64,000 bases of DNA, taken from Verrucomicrobiota bacterium. Its GTDB lineage: Bacteria; Verrucomicrobiota; Verrucomicrobiia; Limisphaerales; SIBE01. Location of the stretch: assembly GCA_016209525.1 (NCBI GenBank), contig JACQWK010000125.1, forward strand, positions 377 through 64,376, written 5' to 3'. Position numbers and translations under genes: made by a program. Positions 53,880 to 62,278 of this stretch are shown here, one piece after another. The notes below the pieces were generated by a model. It saw only the letters and a program-made list of their open reading frames with translations, made no database searches and was not told the origin of the DNA. Each line of letters opens with the position of its first letter. The stretch's first letter is position 1.

Positions 53880-55383
53880 GCCGCTTGGCGCTGTCTTCAC
53901 ACCGCTCCGCTGGGCCAAGTGGCTGGTGCGTGAATTTGGTTTGGCTCAGAAGTGGATGCGCGGTGCGACGGTCTGTGACCCGACGGCCGGCGAGGGTGTG
54001 TTCATCCATGCGCTCATGGACGTAATTGTGGAGATGGACATCGCGGTTGATGACCAGATGCTCTCCCGCCTGTTCGTCATCGAGCGCGAAACCGCGTTTC
54101 TCCAAGCTTTCCATGCATCATTCCGCTTGAAATACAGCCGTGAATTCCCGCGCGAAAACAGCCTTTGCGCTGACGTGGTTCTGCGGAACCCCGGAATCAA
54201 GTTTGACGTGCTTCTTGGCAACCCACCGTGGGCCAACTTCAACGACCTGCCTGCGCCCTACAAGGAAACGCTGAAGAGCGCGTTCCTCGAATTCGGACTG
54301 GTGGAGGATCCCCAATCCTTGCTGCTAGGGCGGGCACGGGTGGATTTTTCCGCCTTGGTGGTTTCCGTCGTCCTCAACCGGAATCTCGCTCCGCACGGCG
54401 AGGCCATTTTCTTCCTCCCACTCTCCCTCTTCCTGAACGACGGGGCGCACTCCGGTTTCCGGCGGTACTCGCTCAATGACTCGACGTTCCAACTCGCCGA
54501 ACTTTGGGACTTCAAACAGACGCGGATCTTCCCGGATATCGCGACGCGCTTCGGTGTAGCCCGCTTTCAGCGTGACGCCCAAACGCAGTTCCCGATTCCC
54601 TATCGCATCGAAACCACGAACGGATGGATTTCCCGCATGGCGGCTCCGGTCGGCGAACCTTCCGCCCCGCTCTCCGTCTTCGATTCGCAGGCGGAGTACG
54701 CGGAACTCACCCGCCCTGTCGCCATCGAAGTGCGTGAGAACCAGAAACCGCGCCAGGGCGTGAACACATGTGGCGCCAACCGAGTCTTCATCTTCGATTC
54801 CCTGCCTGAAGGTCTGCCCGGCGAATTCCTCTTTCCGCTCATCACCAGCGAGTGCTTCCGCAACGGCGACACCTCGCCGCGGCGACACGTCCTACTGCCC
54901 TACGACACCACCACCGGCAAGCCGCTGACCGAAACAGCCCTCTGTCACCACCCCGCGCTCTGGACCTACCTGCTCGCCCACAGGGACGAACTGCTGGCCC
55001 GCAAAGGCACGATGCTGAACACATGGCTCAAGCGCGGCCTCTGGTGGGCGCTCCTCGGCGTCGGCGACTACAGCTTCGCCCCCTTCAAAGTCGTCTGGGA
55101 AGCGTACGGCAAAGACACGTTCAACCCGCGCGTCTTCTCCGCCCACAACGGCAAACCGTGGCAAGCCAACCAGGCGATGCACGCCTTCATCCCGTGCGCG
55201 ACGCGCGCCGAGGCTGAACGGCTCCTGGACCAACTGGCCAGTTCCAGGATCGAACGCTACCTCCGGTCCATGAGCATGGAAGGCACCTGCAACTGGGCGC
55301 AACCCGGGCGGATCAAACGATTCTTGAAGTTTGTGAAGTCTGGCGACTCCCCTGCGTGCGAGTTGCCGCTGTTCGCTAGCTGA
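53854..55383 (+). CDS. N6-adenine DNA methyltransferase (gamma-class, TaqI/Eco57I-like)
   Basis: 'LGAVFTP', motif I 'VCDPTAGEGVF' and motif IV 'LLGNPPWANF'. Confidence 0.85.
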   Translation: MRTSNSYARPLGAVFTPLRWAKWLVREFGLAQKWMRGATVCDPTAGEGVFIHALMDVIVEMDIAVDDQMLSRLFVIERETAFLQAFHASFRLKYSREFPRENSLCADVVLRNPGIKFDVLLGNPPWANFNDLPAPYKETLKSAFLEFGLVEDPQSLLLGRARVDFSALVVSVVLNRNLAPHGEAIFFLPLSLFLNDGAHSGFRRYSLNDSTFQLAELWDFKQTRIFPDIATRFGVARFQRDAQTQFPIPYRIETTNGWISRMAAPVGEPSAPLSVFDSQAEYAELTRPVAIEVRENQKPRQGVNTCGANRVFIFDSLPEGLPGEFLFPLITSECFRNGDTSPRRHVLLPYDTTTGKPLTETALCHHPALWTYLLAHRDELLARKGTMLNTWLKRGLWWALLGVGDYSFAPFKVVWEAYGKDTFNPRVFSAHNGKPWQANQAMHAFIPCATRAEAERLLDQLASSRIERYLRSMSMEGTCNWAQPGRIKRFLKFVKSGDSPACELPLFAS

Positions 55384-55388
55384 ATCGG

Positions 55389-56114
55389 GTGCCAACGGAA
55401 AACTATAACTCACCTGGACGCCCATGTGATTTTTCGCATGATCGCTCTATGAATTCGCCGGCAACACCATCCGCGGCATCGGGTGCTGGATCAGCTCAAT
55501 CAACTCCGACGGTCACCAAGTCTGACTTTCTGGCGGCAGAAGAGATCAAGGGAATCCTGCAAGGTCGGGAGAAAGCCGAACAGGAGAGAATAATCCGGTG
55601 GGTAACCGAGAGCCTCGGCTTGATGATCATGGCTCCCGAAGCCAGCGCGCACGCTGCTACCCGGCCAGCGCCGACACCGGCCCAGTCATTCGTGCATCTC
55701 GGAGAATCTTCTGCTCCAACGCCGGCAAGTGCCAAGAACATCAAGTCGTTCGTTGGAGAAAGGAAACCAAAGAGCGATATGCAGTTTGCGGCTGTCGCAG
55801 CCTACTTTCATCGCTTTGAGTCGCCAGATCGTAAAGACACAATTAATGCTGCCGACTTGCAGGAGGCGTCTCGTCTTGCGCGAGGCTACGGATTCAAGAA
55901 ACCTTTGGTGACGCTGAACAACTCAGTCCGTCAAGGGTATTTTGATCGCGCAAGCCGAGGACAGTTCAGGCTAAATGCAGTTGGGGAAAACTTAGTAGCG
56001 ATGGCGCTTCCGGGCACGGGTGGAGAGCTGCCGCCAAATACTACGCGCCGATCGGGGCGAAATCAGGCAAGGAAACGTCGGAAGATGCAAAGCAAGAAAA
56101 CGAATGTATCCTGA
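55389..56114 (+). CDS. hypothetical protein (disordered Ala/Pro/Ser-rich centre, possible winged-helix C-terminal domain, basic tail)
   Basis: Starts 6 nt after the methyltransferase stop (GTG 55389, alternative ATG 55449). 'FAAVAAYFHRFESPDRKDTINAADLQEASRLARGYGF...GYFDRASRGQFRLN'. Confidence 0.5.
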   Translation: MPTENYNSPGRPCDFSHDRSMNSPATPSAASGAGSAQSTPTVTKSDFLAAEEIKGILQGREKAEQERIIRWVTESLGLMIMAPEASAHAATRPAPTPAQSFVHLGESSAPTPASAKNIKSFVGERKPKSDMQFAAVAAYFHRFESPDRKDTINAADLQEASRLARGYGFKKPLVTLNNSVRQGYFDRASRGQFRLNAVGENLVAMALPGTGGELPPNTTRRSGRNQARKRRKMQSKKTNVS

Positions 56115-56117
56115 CGT

Positions 56118-56957
56118 ATGGACGATGCGTGCGCGGAGATCGACGCCTCGATTGTCGAGGTTACAAAGGCACGCCAAGCGGTCGCCAGAGGGAAGTCCAA
56201 GCAGGTTTACTTGGCTGATGAGATCGATCGGCTAAAGGCTGTGGCCTACGCGTGGTTCCAAACACACCGGCCCCGTGTTCTGCCCCATCCGTCACGGCCG
56301 GATCTTCAAGAAGTCGATGCCGCCTACCAAACCGTGTTGCAAGCGACCGGGCGGCACGCTGCAAGGAGCACCTATGCGCTGGCCCTTCTACGGGCTAAGC
56401 GTTCTCTGGTGGCTCTGCGGAGCCTCGTCGCGGCAATGCCCGCTACACTCTCCACACAAATGGCTTCCCCCGCTCCCCTCCCGAACTCCGATGCACCGCC
56501 AAGTTTCGCGCCGTTGGCGCCTGATTTGAAAATGCAGGAAATAATGGCGCAGCGCTGGAGCGAAGTTCAGCAATGCATTGGATCACATGCCCACCTTGCA
56601 GCCACGGTGATGATGGGTGGTCTTCTGGAATCACTTCTCCTCGCGCGGATCAACTCTAGTCCAAACCAGCGTGCTGTGTTTACGGCGGCCAATGCTCCAC
56701 GTGATAGGACTCGGCGAACGCTGCCGTTGGCCGAATGGAAACTAGTCAAGATGGTCGAGGTCGCTCACGAACTCGGCTGGATCTCGAGATCGGCAAAGGA
56801 CGTTGGGAATGTGCTACGGGATTTCCGCAACTACATCCATCCGCACAAGGAATACACCGATGGCGTTGCGATCTCCCAAGACGATGCTTGCATGTTCTGG
56901 GAGGTCACAAAGGCGATCAGTCGTCAAGTGCTCACTTCTGTAGGGAAGTCTCCTTGA
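56118..56957 (+). CDS. hypothetical protein with a HEPN-like C-terminal domain
   Basis: Starts 4 nt after the upstream stop. Helical C-terminal domain 'LAATVMMGGLLESLLLARI...MVEVAHELGWIS...VLRDFRNYIHPHKE' fits the Rx4-6H HEPN signature. Confidence 0.5.
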   Translation: MDDACAEIDASIVEVTKARQAVARGKSKQVYLADEIDRLKAVAYAWFQTHRPRVLPHPSRPDLQEVDAAYQTVLQATGRHAARSTYALALLRAKRSLVALRSLVAAMPATLSTQMASPAPLPNSDAPPSFAPLAPDLKMQEIMAQRWSEVQQCIGSHAHLAATVMMGGLLESLLLARINSSPNQRAVFTAANAPRDRTRRTLPLAEWKLVKMVEVAHELGWISRSAKDVGNVLRDFRNYIHPHKEYTDGVAISQDDACMFWEVTKAISRQVLTSVGKSP

Positions 56958-57110
56958 CTGTTCACCGGTGTTCATTCGGCGACCATAACAGCGGTGACTG
57001 TCACAGCGACGTCTCTCTCCAGCGCCTTGGCAGTGACCGAGATAGTCATCCTGGTGGAACCGCCCCTGTAGGTTCTGCCCAACGCGCAGTCTCGCGCCAG
57101 TCATTCTCGG

Positions 57111-57833
57111 TTATTTCCTGGAACGGGCCGGCGATACGCGGTGCTTGATCTGAGACGGCGCGGATATTTTCCGGTCGCGGAGGTACGGCACCAGATGGCT
57201 GCTGGGGTACGACAGGAACCCAGGGCGCTGGTGATGCAGAATTCCGTGCAGGCAGGCCATCAGGAACTGGTTGCCGGGCCGACGACGGATCGACGCGAAA
57301 TTCAACACCTCGCGGAGCGTGTCGGGATGGTAAAACCGGCGAACCCAAGGCGGAACCTCACGCAAATCCGGTTTGGCGAAGCACCCCGCTTCTGCCAACG
57401 CTCGTTCAGCGAGGCTCAAAGCAGCGCCCAAGGAACGGGGCGCGGCCAATTTGGCTTTCGACAGAATTCGCGCGTACGGACTGATGTCAGCAGCCAAGAC
57501 CCGTCGGCCCCGCGAGGCAGCCTCAAAGGGAATCGTCCCTGCGCCGGCGAACGGATCCACTACCAACTCGCCTGGTTTCGAGAACCGCTCGACTAACTCG
57601 ACGGCAATGCTGTTCTTCATCTTGCCGATGTACGGCGACAACTGGTGCAGGGAGCAGTCGGTGCTTGCGCAAGGCTGCTTCCAGCGCGCGGGAGCCGACT
57701 CAACCGCGACGCCGGCAAACGACCATCCATCGGCTTTCCTCGTTTTCAACGCGGTGCAGGCGTTTTCACTTCTCCGGCAACTCCTCCAATCGCACGAATG
57801 CTTCGCGGTGGGCCTGCCGCCTCGATTCCGCAA
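57111..57833 (-). pseudogene. 3'-truncated SAM-dependent DNA methyltransferase-like gene
   Basis: 'SLHQLSPYIGKMKNSIAVELVERFSKPGELVVDPFAGAGTIPFEAASRGRRVLAADISP' covers motifs X and I. No (D/N)PPY/W motif appears before the stop. The ORF ends where the convergent HEPN-like gene ends. Confidence 0.45.
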
Positions 57834-58014
57834 TGCGCTTCAGGAACCGCTCGTCGTGTTCCAGCCGATAGTCAAACCAGTCGTCTTCATCCGCGAAGCC
57901 AATCAGGATAGCCGCGGGTTTGCCGTGCCGGGTGATGAGCACTTCGTCTTTCGCCGCTTTCTTCACGTAATCAGAAAGCGCATCCTTCACTTCTGCCAAG
58001 GGGACTTTAATCAT
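57766..58014 (-). CDS. Phd/YefM-family antitoxin
   Basis: 82 aa. 'MIKVPLAEVKDALSDYVKKAAKDEVLITRHGKPAAILIGF'. ATG at 58014. Confidence 0.8.
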   Translation of the reverse strand: MIKVPLAEVKDALSDYVKKAAKDEVLITRHGKPAAILIGFADEDDWFDYRLEHDERFLKRIAESRRQAHREAFVRLEELPEK

Positions 58015-58037
58015 AACTCTTCTCCGTATCGGGCCAG

Positions 58038-58304
58038 TCATTCGTCGGCGCGGTCTTTCGGCACGATTCCGAGCACGTTCACATGGTCGCCTTCGATGTC
58101 GTAATAGACCCGAATGTCCGCCACGCGGAGCCGGTACTGCGGCTGACGCAGGCCGCGCAGTCGCTTGAGGCGGCTCTTGCTTTCCTTCGCCGGTCCGTGG
58201 CGCAGGTTCGTCTCCATCGTGGCCTTGACCGCCGACCGCCAGCGTGCGTCCAGGGCCGAGAGATCGTCTCGCGCGTTGTCGGTGACCCGGATTTCGCAGG
58301 CCAT
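58038..58304 (-). CDS. RelE/ParE-family toxin
   Basis: 88 aa. 'RLKRLRGLRQPQYRLRVADIRVYYDIEGDHVNVLGIV' is typical of this family. Confidence 0.7.
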   Translation of the reverse strand: MACEIRVTDNARDDLSALDARWRSAVKATMETNLRHGPAKESKSRLKRLRGLRQPQYRLRVADIRVYYDIEGDHVNVLGIVPKDRADE

Positions 58305-58499
58305 TTCTGGCCAGAATATGGCCAGAGCGCAACCTGGCTGTCAACGCACGAAACAGCCGCGCGATGAGCCACCTGCTCACGAGCCAATCGTGAGGCTGCC
58401 ATTGGAGGCGTAGGCGCCATTCTGCAAGATCTTTCTCTCGTCTTCAGTGAAGCCGCAGCTCCCACAGGCGCTTCGGACGTGCTTCAGACATTTTCTCGG

Positions 58500-58788
58500 T
58501 TACGGCGCCAGGTGCCGCGAGAGGTTTGTGGGCAGCCGGCGATGTCGCTCCGGCGAGATCGAGCCGATGCGGCCCATGATTTTCCGCAACGGTACGGTCT
58601 GCGGAACCCCAACCGGATGACGGAAGCCTGCACGAGACCGCTGCTGGCGAAGTCCGGTCGCCGCTGGCAAGCGTCTCGTCGAAGCCGGGAACACACTGGT
58701 GCGACTGCGTGCTGATGCCGCAGACCAGCCAGTCGCCGAAACCGGGCAACTCACGGAGCACGACGGCTGGGCGCGGATGGCAATGAAG
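58500..58788 (-). pseudogene. MazF/PemK-family toxin remnant (5'-truncated, at least two frameshifts)
   Basis: Three frames carry successive pieces: 'HPRPAVVLRELPGFGDWLVCGISTQS...', then 'GLVQASVIRLGF', then 'LRKIMGRIGSISPERHRRL'. These are collinear with MazF ('HRPAVVLSP...CVPCTTQS...'). Confidence 0.5.
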
Positions 58789-58985
58789 CTATGTTGAGTG
58801 AGTTGGTTCTTATCGGCGTGATCCGCGTAATCCGCGGTCTCTTAGGTTGCGGTTTTCCCGCGCTGTGCTCTGTTCGGCCGCCGCGGCTGATCTCTTCGTC
58901 CATCCCGGCACAGGAGCCAAGCCACTCGCCACGATCCAGAAGAGATGAACCTGAAGTGAACCCGCAAGAATTCGTCTAAGTCCAT

Positions 58986-60269
58986 ATGAGAAAATGCCTG
59001 AACCCGGTATTCCGGATCGTTTTGATGTCTGCCCTGCCTCTCGTGGACAATGCCCCTGCGGCGGAGACGATCGTGAAATCAACGCACGCTCCCCCAGACA
59101 CGCCGGAAATTGCTGCGATTTATTTCCCTGGCTTTCATCGCGACCGCCACATGGACCAATGGCTCGGCGAGGGCTTCACCGAGTGGAAGCTGCTCCTGGA
59201 CGCCAAACCGCGCTTTCCCGGCCATCGGCTCTTCCGGCCGGAATGGGGGCCGTTTGATGAAGCCGACCCGGTGTGGATGGAGAGACAGATTGACCTCGCC
59301 GCCGCGCACGGCATCCGCGTGTTCGTGTTTGATTGGTATTGGTATGACGGCGTGAAGATTCTTTACCGCCCGCTGGAAGAAGGTTTCCTCAAGGCGCGCA
59401 ATCGCGCGAAGCTGAAGTACGCGTTGATGTGGGCCAACCACGATTGGCGCAATTGTTTTCCCGCGCCGCTTGACAACCAGCAGACGGTCTGGCTGCCGAG
59501 CCGCGCCACGCCGCAAGATTTCGAACGGCTCATCGCGCACTGCATCACGACCCACTTCAACCGATCCAATTACTGGCGCGTGGATGGCGGGCTGTATTTC
59601 AGCGTGTTTGCGGCGGAGGCCTTCGTGAAACAACTGGGTGGGCCGAAGCAGGCAAAGCTTTTGACGGAAGCAGCGCGGAGGCAGGTCGAAGCCGCCAGCC
59701 TCGGACGGTTGCACCTCGCCGCCTTTACCGGCTCGCCGACTGCGGTCAATGACCTGCACGCCGCCGGCTTCGACAGTCTGACGACCTACAACGTGACCGC
59801 CAGCGGCAAGGCCCGGCTCCCGGATAATCCGCTTGACGAATACTCAGACCTGATTGCGCGCCACGAGGCGTTCTGGAAAGAGATGGACACCGGCATCCTG
59901 CCCTATGCGCCGGTCGTCACCGTGGGCTGGGATTGCACGCCGCGCTGGGCCAAGGATGGCCCGTGGCCGCCATCGCCGAGCCTGGGCTATCCCTACACCC
60001 CCGTCGTCGTGAACAACACGCCGGAGTTGTTCGGCGAGTTGTGCCGCAAGGCGCGGCGGCGCGTCGAGTCCAGCAAACTGCGCCCGGCGATGATCCTGAT
60101 CAATGCCTGGAACGAGTGGACCGAAGGCAGTGCCTTGCTGCCCGAGCGCGAATACGAGACGCGTTTCTTGGAGGAAGCCCAAAAGGCGTTCTCGTCCGAG
60201 GCGATTTCAAAACCTCGAAGCCGCGTCTCCCCAAGAGGAGATCGTCAAGGGCGGACGCCTGGAAACTGA
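58986..60269 (+). CDS. WbsX-family / GH99-like domain protein
   Basis: Signal peptide. 'IAAIYFPGFH...EGFTEW', 'GIRVFVFDWYWYDG' and 'INAWNEWTEGSALLPE'. The last roughly 12 codons read out of frame through a foreign gene remnant. Confidence 0.75.
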   Translation: MRKCLNPVFRIVLMSALPLVDNAPAAETIVKSTHAPPDTPEIAAIYFPGFHRDRHMDQWLGEGFTEWKLLLDAKPRFPGHRLFRPEWGPFDEADPVWMERQIDLAAAHGIRVFVFDWYWYDGVKILYRPLEEGFLKARNRAKLKYALMWANHDWRNCFPAPLDNQQTVWLPSRATPQDFERLIAHCITTHFNRSNYWRVDGGLYFSVFAAEAFVKQLGGPKQAKLLTEAARRQVEAASLGRLHLAAFTGSPTAVNDLHAAGFDSLTTYNVTASGKARLPDNPLDEYSDLIARHEAFWKEMDTGILPYAPVVTVGWDCTPRWAKDGPWPPSPSLGYPYTPVVVNNTPELFGELCRKARRRVESSKLRPAMILINAWNEWTEGSALLPEREYETRFLEEAQKAFSSEAISKPRSRVSPRGDRQGRTPGN

Positions 60270-60315
60270 ACTTGGCCCAACGCCGAACGAACGCTGGGCG
60301 GAAAACTGCGCGTGA
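60232..60315 (+). pseudogene. 3'-terminal remnant of a GH92 paralog
   Basis: 'QEEIVKGGRLETELGPTPNERWAENCA*' versus the GH92 C-terminus 'QKEIVKGGRLEVELGPVPNHEWARGCSLPQ*'. The DNA shares the 28-nt identical run 'ggagatcgtcaagggcggacgcctggaa' with 49751-49778. Confidence 0.6.
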
Positions 60316-60413
60316 CCCGAGTGGAGAACGTCAGCGCGAGACAAGAGCCGATGATACGACGGTGGATCCTAACGTTGCACACAATGAGCATGTGCTCTTC
60401 CCATGGACCGCAA

Positions 60414-60489
60414 GGTAGGGCGCGTCACTCCGTGCGTGCCGCTTCCTTCGTGAACCAGACCCGGCGCGCGCGGAGTGACGCGCCCTACC
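60414..60489. repeat. 76-bp element with perfect 19-bp inverted repeats
   Basis: 'ggtagggcgcgtcactccg' at 60414-60432 and 'cggagtgacgcgccctacc' at 60471-60489. Confidence 0.8.
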
Positions 60490-60524
60490 TGGTTCATGGG
60501 CTCAAAGACGATTCTGGAAACATT

Positions 60525-62156
60525 ATGAGGACGATTTCGCTATCATGCCTGGCCGCTTTCGCCGCGCTTTGCGCGACAGGCGCGATGGGCGATCGGCACA
60601 TGGCCGCCGCAGCCACCCCGCCGGCGCCGACACGCATTGGACCGGCGCTCGGTTCGCAGCTCGGCTCCGTTGTGCTTCGAATCGACTTTGAGGACTCTGC
60701 CGAACGCGCCAAGTGGTCTCAAACCCCACGAACACGATGGGTGAACGAGGGTCACGGAGGCGGCACAGCGTTGCGCGTCGAGGCGCCGGCGACGGAAAAG
60801 AGCCCCACGGCCATGGTTAGTCGGGCGTTGGACCTGACGGCCTACCGCGGGATGCAACTGCATTTCACTTGCAAGGCCAAGGCGGAGAAAGTCACCCAGC
60901 CGCCCGAGCCTTACAACGGCGTGAAGTTCATGCTGCACTTCAAATCTCCATCGCTCGGCCCGCGTTGGTGCAACGTCAGCCAGGTCCACGGGACGTTCGA
61001 CTGGAAAGAGCTATCGTTTGTCGCCGCGATCTCCGACGATGCCGAGGATGGGGAGCTCGATCTGGGCTTGCAGAACTCGACCGGCACGGTGTGGTTCGAC
61101 GACATTGCAGGGGTCGTGGCGCGCGGCGCGCCGCCCCGGCGACCAGCCCCAATGGCCAACGCACCGCCGCCGTTCAAAGGCCACGAGCTGCCCCGGCTGC
61201 GCGGCGTAATGTCGCCGAACACATTTCGAGACGAGGACCTGCGTGTGCTTGGCGTCGAATGGCGCGCCAACCTGATCCGATGGCAGATCACACGGAATTG
61301 GGGGAAGCCCAACACGGACCTGGACCTCGCCGACTACGATCGGTGGATCGAGAGTGAGTTGGCCGACCTCGACCAAGCTCTCGCGGCGTGCGGCCGCTAT
61401 GGAATCAAAGCGGTCGTGGACCTCCACTCGCCTCCCGGCGGACGCTATGAAGACAACAGCGTGCGGATGTTTCACGAGGCGCTTTACCAGGAACATTTCG
61501 TGCAGGTCTGGGAGAAGATTGCGCGCCGCTATAAAGGCCACGCTGCGGTCTGGGGCTACGACCTCGTCAACGAGCCCGTTCAAGGGGCGCCATCGCCGCC
61601 GGGCATCGCCGACTGGCTTGGCGCACAGGTCAAGGCCGCCAAAGCGATACGCGCGATTGACCGCGAAACACCGATCATCATCGAGGCCGACGACTGGGAC
61701 TCGCCCGCTGGTTTCCGGTACCTCATGCCGGTGGACGTGCCGCGGGTCATCTATCAGGTCCACATGTACTGGCCTCACAGCTTCACGCACCAAGGCGTGC
61801 ATGGCTCGCGGACAGGCATTGCGTATCCGGGCGTGATCGATGGCCGGCCGTGCGACCGGGAGGCCTTGCGTCGATACCTCCAGCCCGTGCGCGAGTTTCA
61901 ACTCGCCTATAACGCGCACATTTATTGCGGAGAGTTCAGCGCCATTCGCTGGGCGCCCGGCGCCGCGCAATACCTGAAGGACTGCATTGATCTGTTCGAA
62001 CGATACGATTGGGATTGGTCGTATCATGCCTACCGCGAATGGGACGGCTGGAGTCTCGAGCACGGTCCAGACCCGAAGGATCACAGGCCCACGGCCACGC
62101 CGACCGACCGGAAGGGGCTGTTATTGGACTGGTTCGCAAAGAACAAGAAACCGTGA
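60525..62156 (+). CDS. GH5 glycoside hydrolase (cellulase family) with an N-terminal CBM-like domain
   Basis: Signal peptide from the ATG at 60525. 'AVWGYDLVNEP' (acid/base Glu) and 'IYCGEFSA' (nucleophile Glu). Confidence 0.8.
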   Translation: MRTISLSCLAAFAALCATGAMGDRHMAAAATPPAPTRIGPALGSQLGSVVLRIDFEDSAERAKWSQTPRTRWVNEGHGGGTALRVEAPATEKSPTAMVSRALDLTAYRGMQLHFTCKAKAEKVTQPPEPYNGVKFMLHFKSPSLGPRWCNVSQVHGTFDWKELSFVAAISDDAEDGELDLGLQNSTGTVWFDDIAGVVARGAPPRRPAPMANAPPPFKGHELPRLRGVMSPNTFRDEDLRVLGVEWRANLIRWQITRNWGKPNTDLDLADYDRWIESELADLDQALAACGRYGIKAVVDLHSPPGGRYEDNSVRMFHEALYQEHFVQVWEKIARRYKGHAAVWGYDLVNEPVQGAPSPPGIADWLGAQVKAAKAIRAIDRETPIIIEADDWDSPAGFRYLMPVDVPRVIYQVHMYWPHSFTHQGVHGSRTGIAYPGVIDGRPCDREALRRYLQPVREFQLAYNAHIYCGEFSAIRWAPGAAQYLKDCIDLFERYDWDWSYHAYREWDGWSLEHGPDPKDHRPTATPTDRKGLLLDWFAKNKKP

Positions 62157-62278
62157 GTAGGCACACGATTTTCCGGCCCATCCGGGACGGGAATATCTCG
62201 TGACTCGGGGTATTCTCTTTTCAGACCGTGCGAAAGATGAATTGTGCCAAGCCGGCCCTTTTTTTTATTATTCGTGCC

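Noticed and set aside
57766-58380. 204-aa ORF containing the antitoxin
   Set aside because: Only the last 82 codons (from the ATG at 58014) resemble Phd/YefM. The N-terminal extension is Arg/Pro-rich, and much of it overlaps the RelE/ParE gene in another frame.
62240-62270. Rho-independent terminator after the GH5 gene ('gccggccctttttttt')
   Set aside because: A T-run is present, but I could only draw a very short stem (gccggc), which is not convincing.
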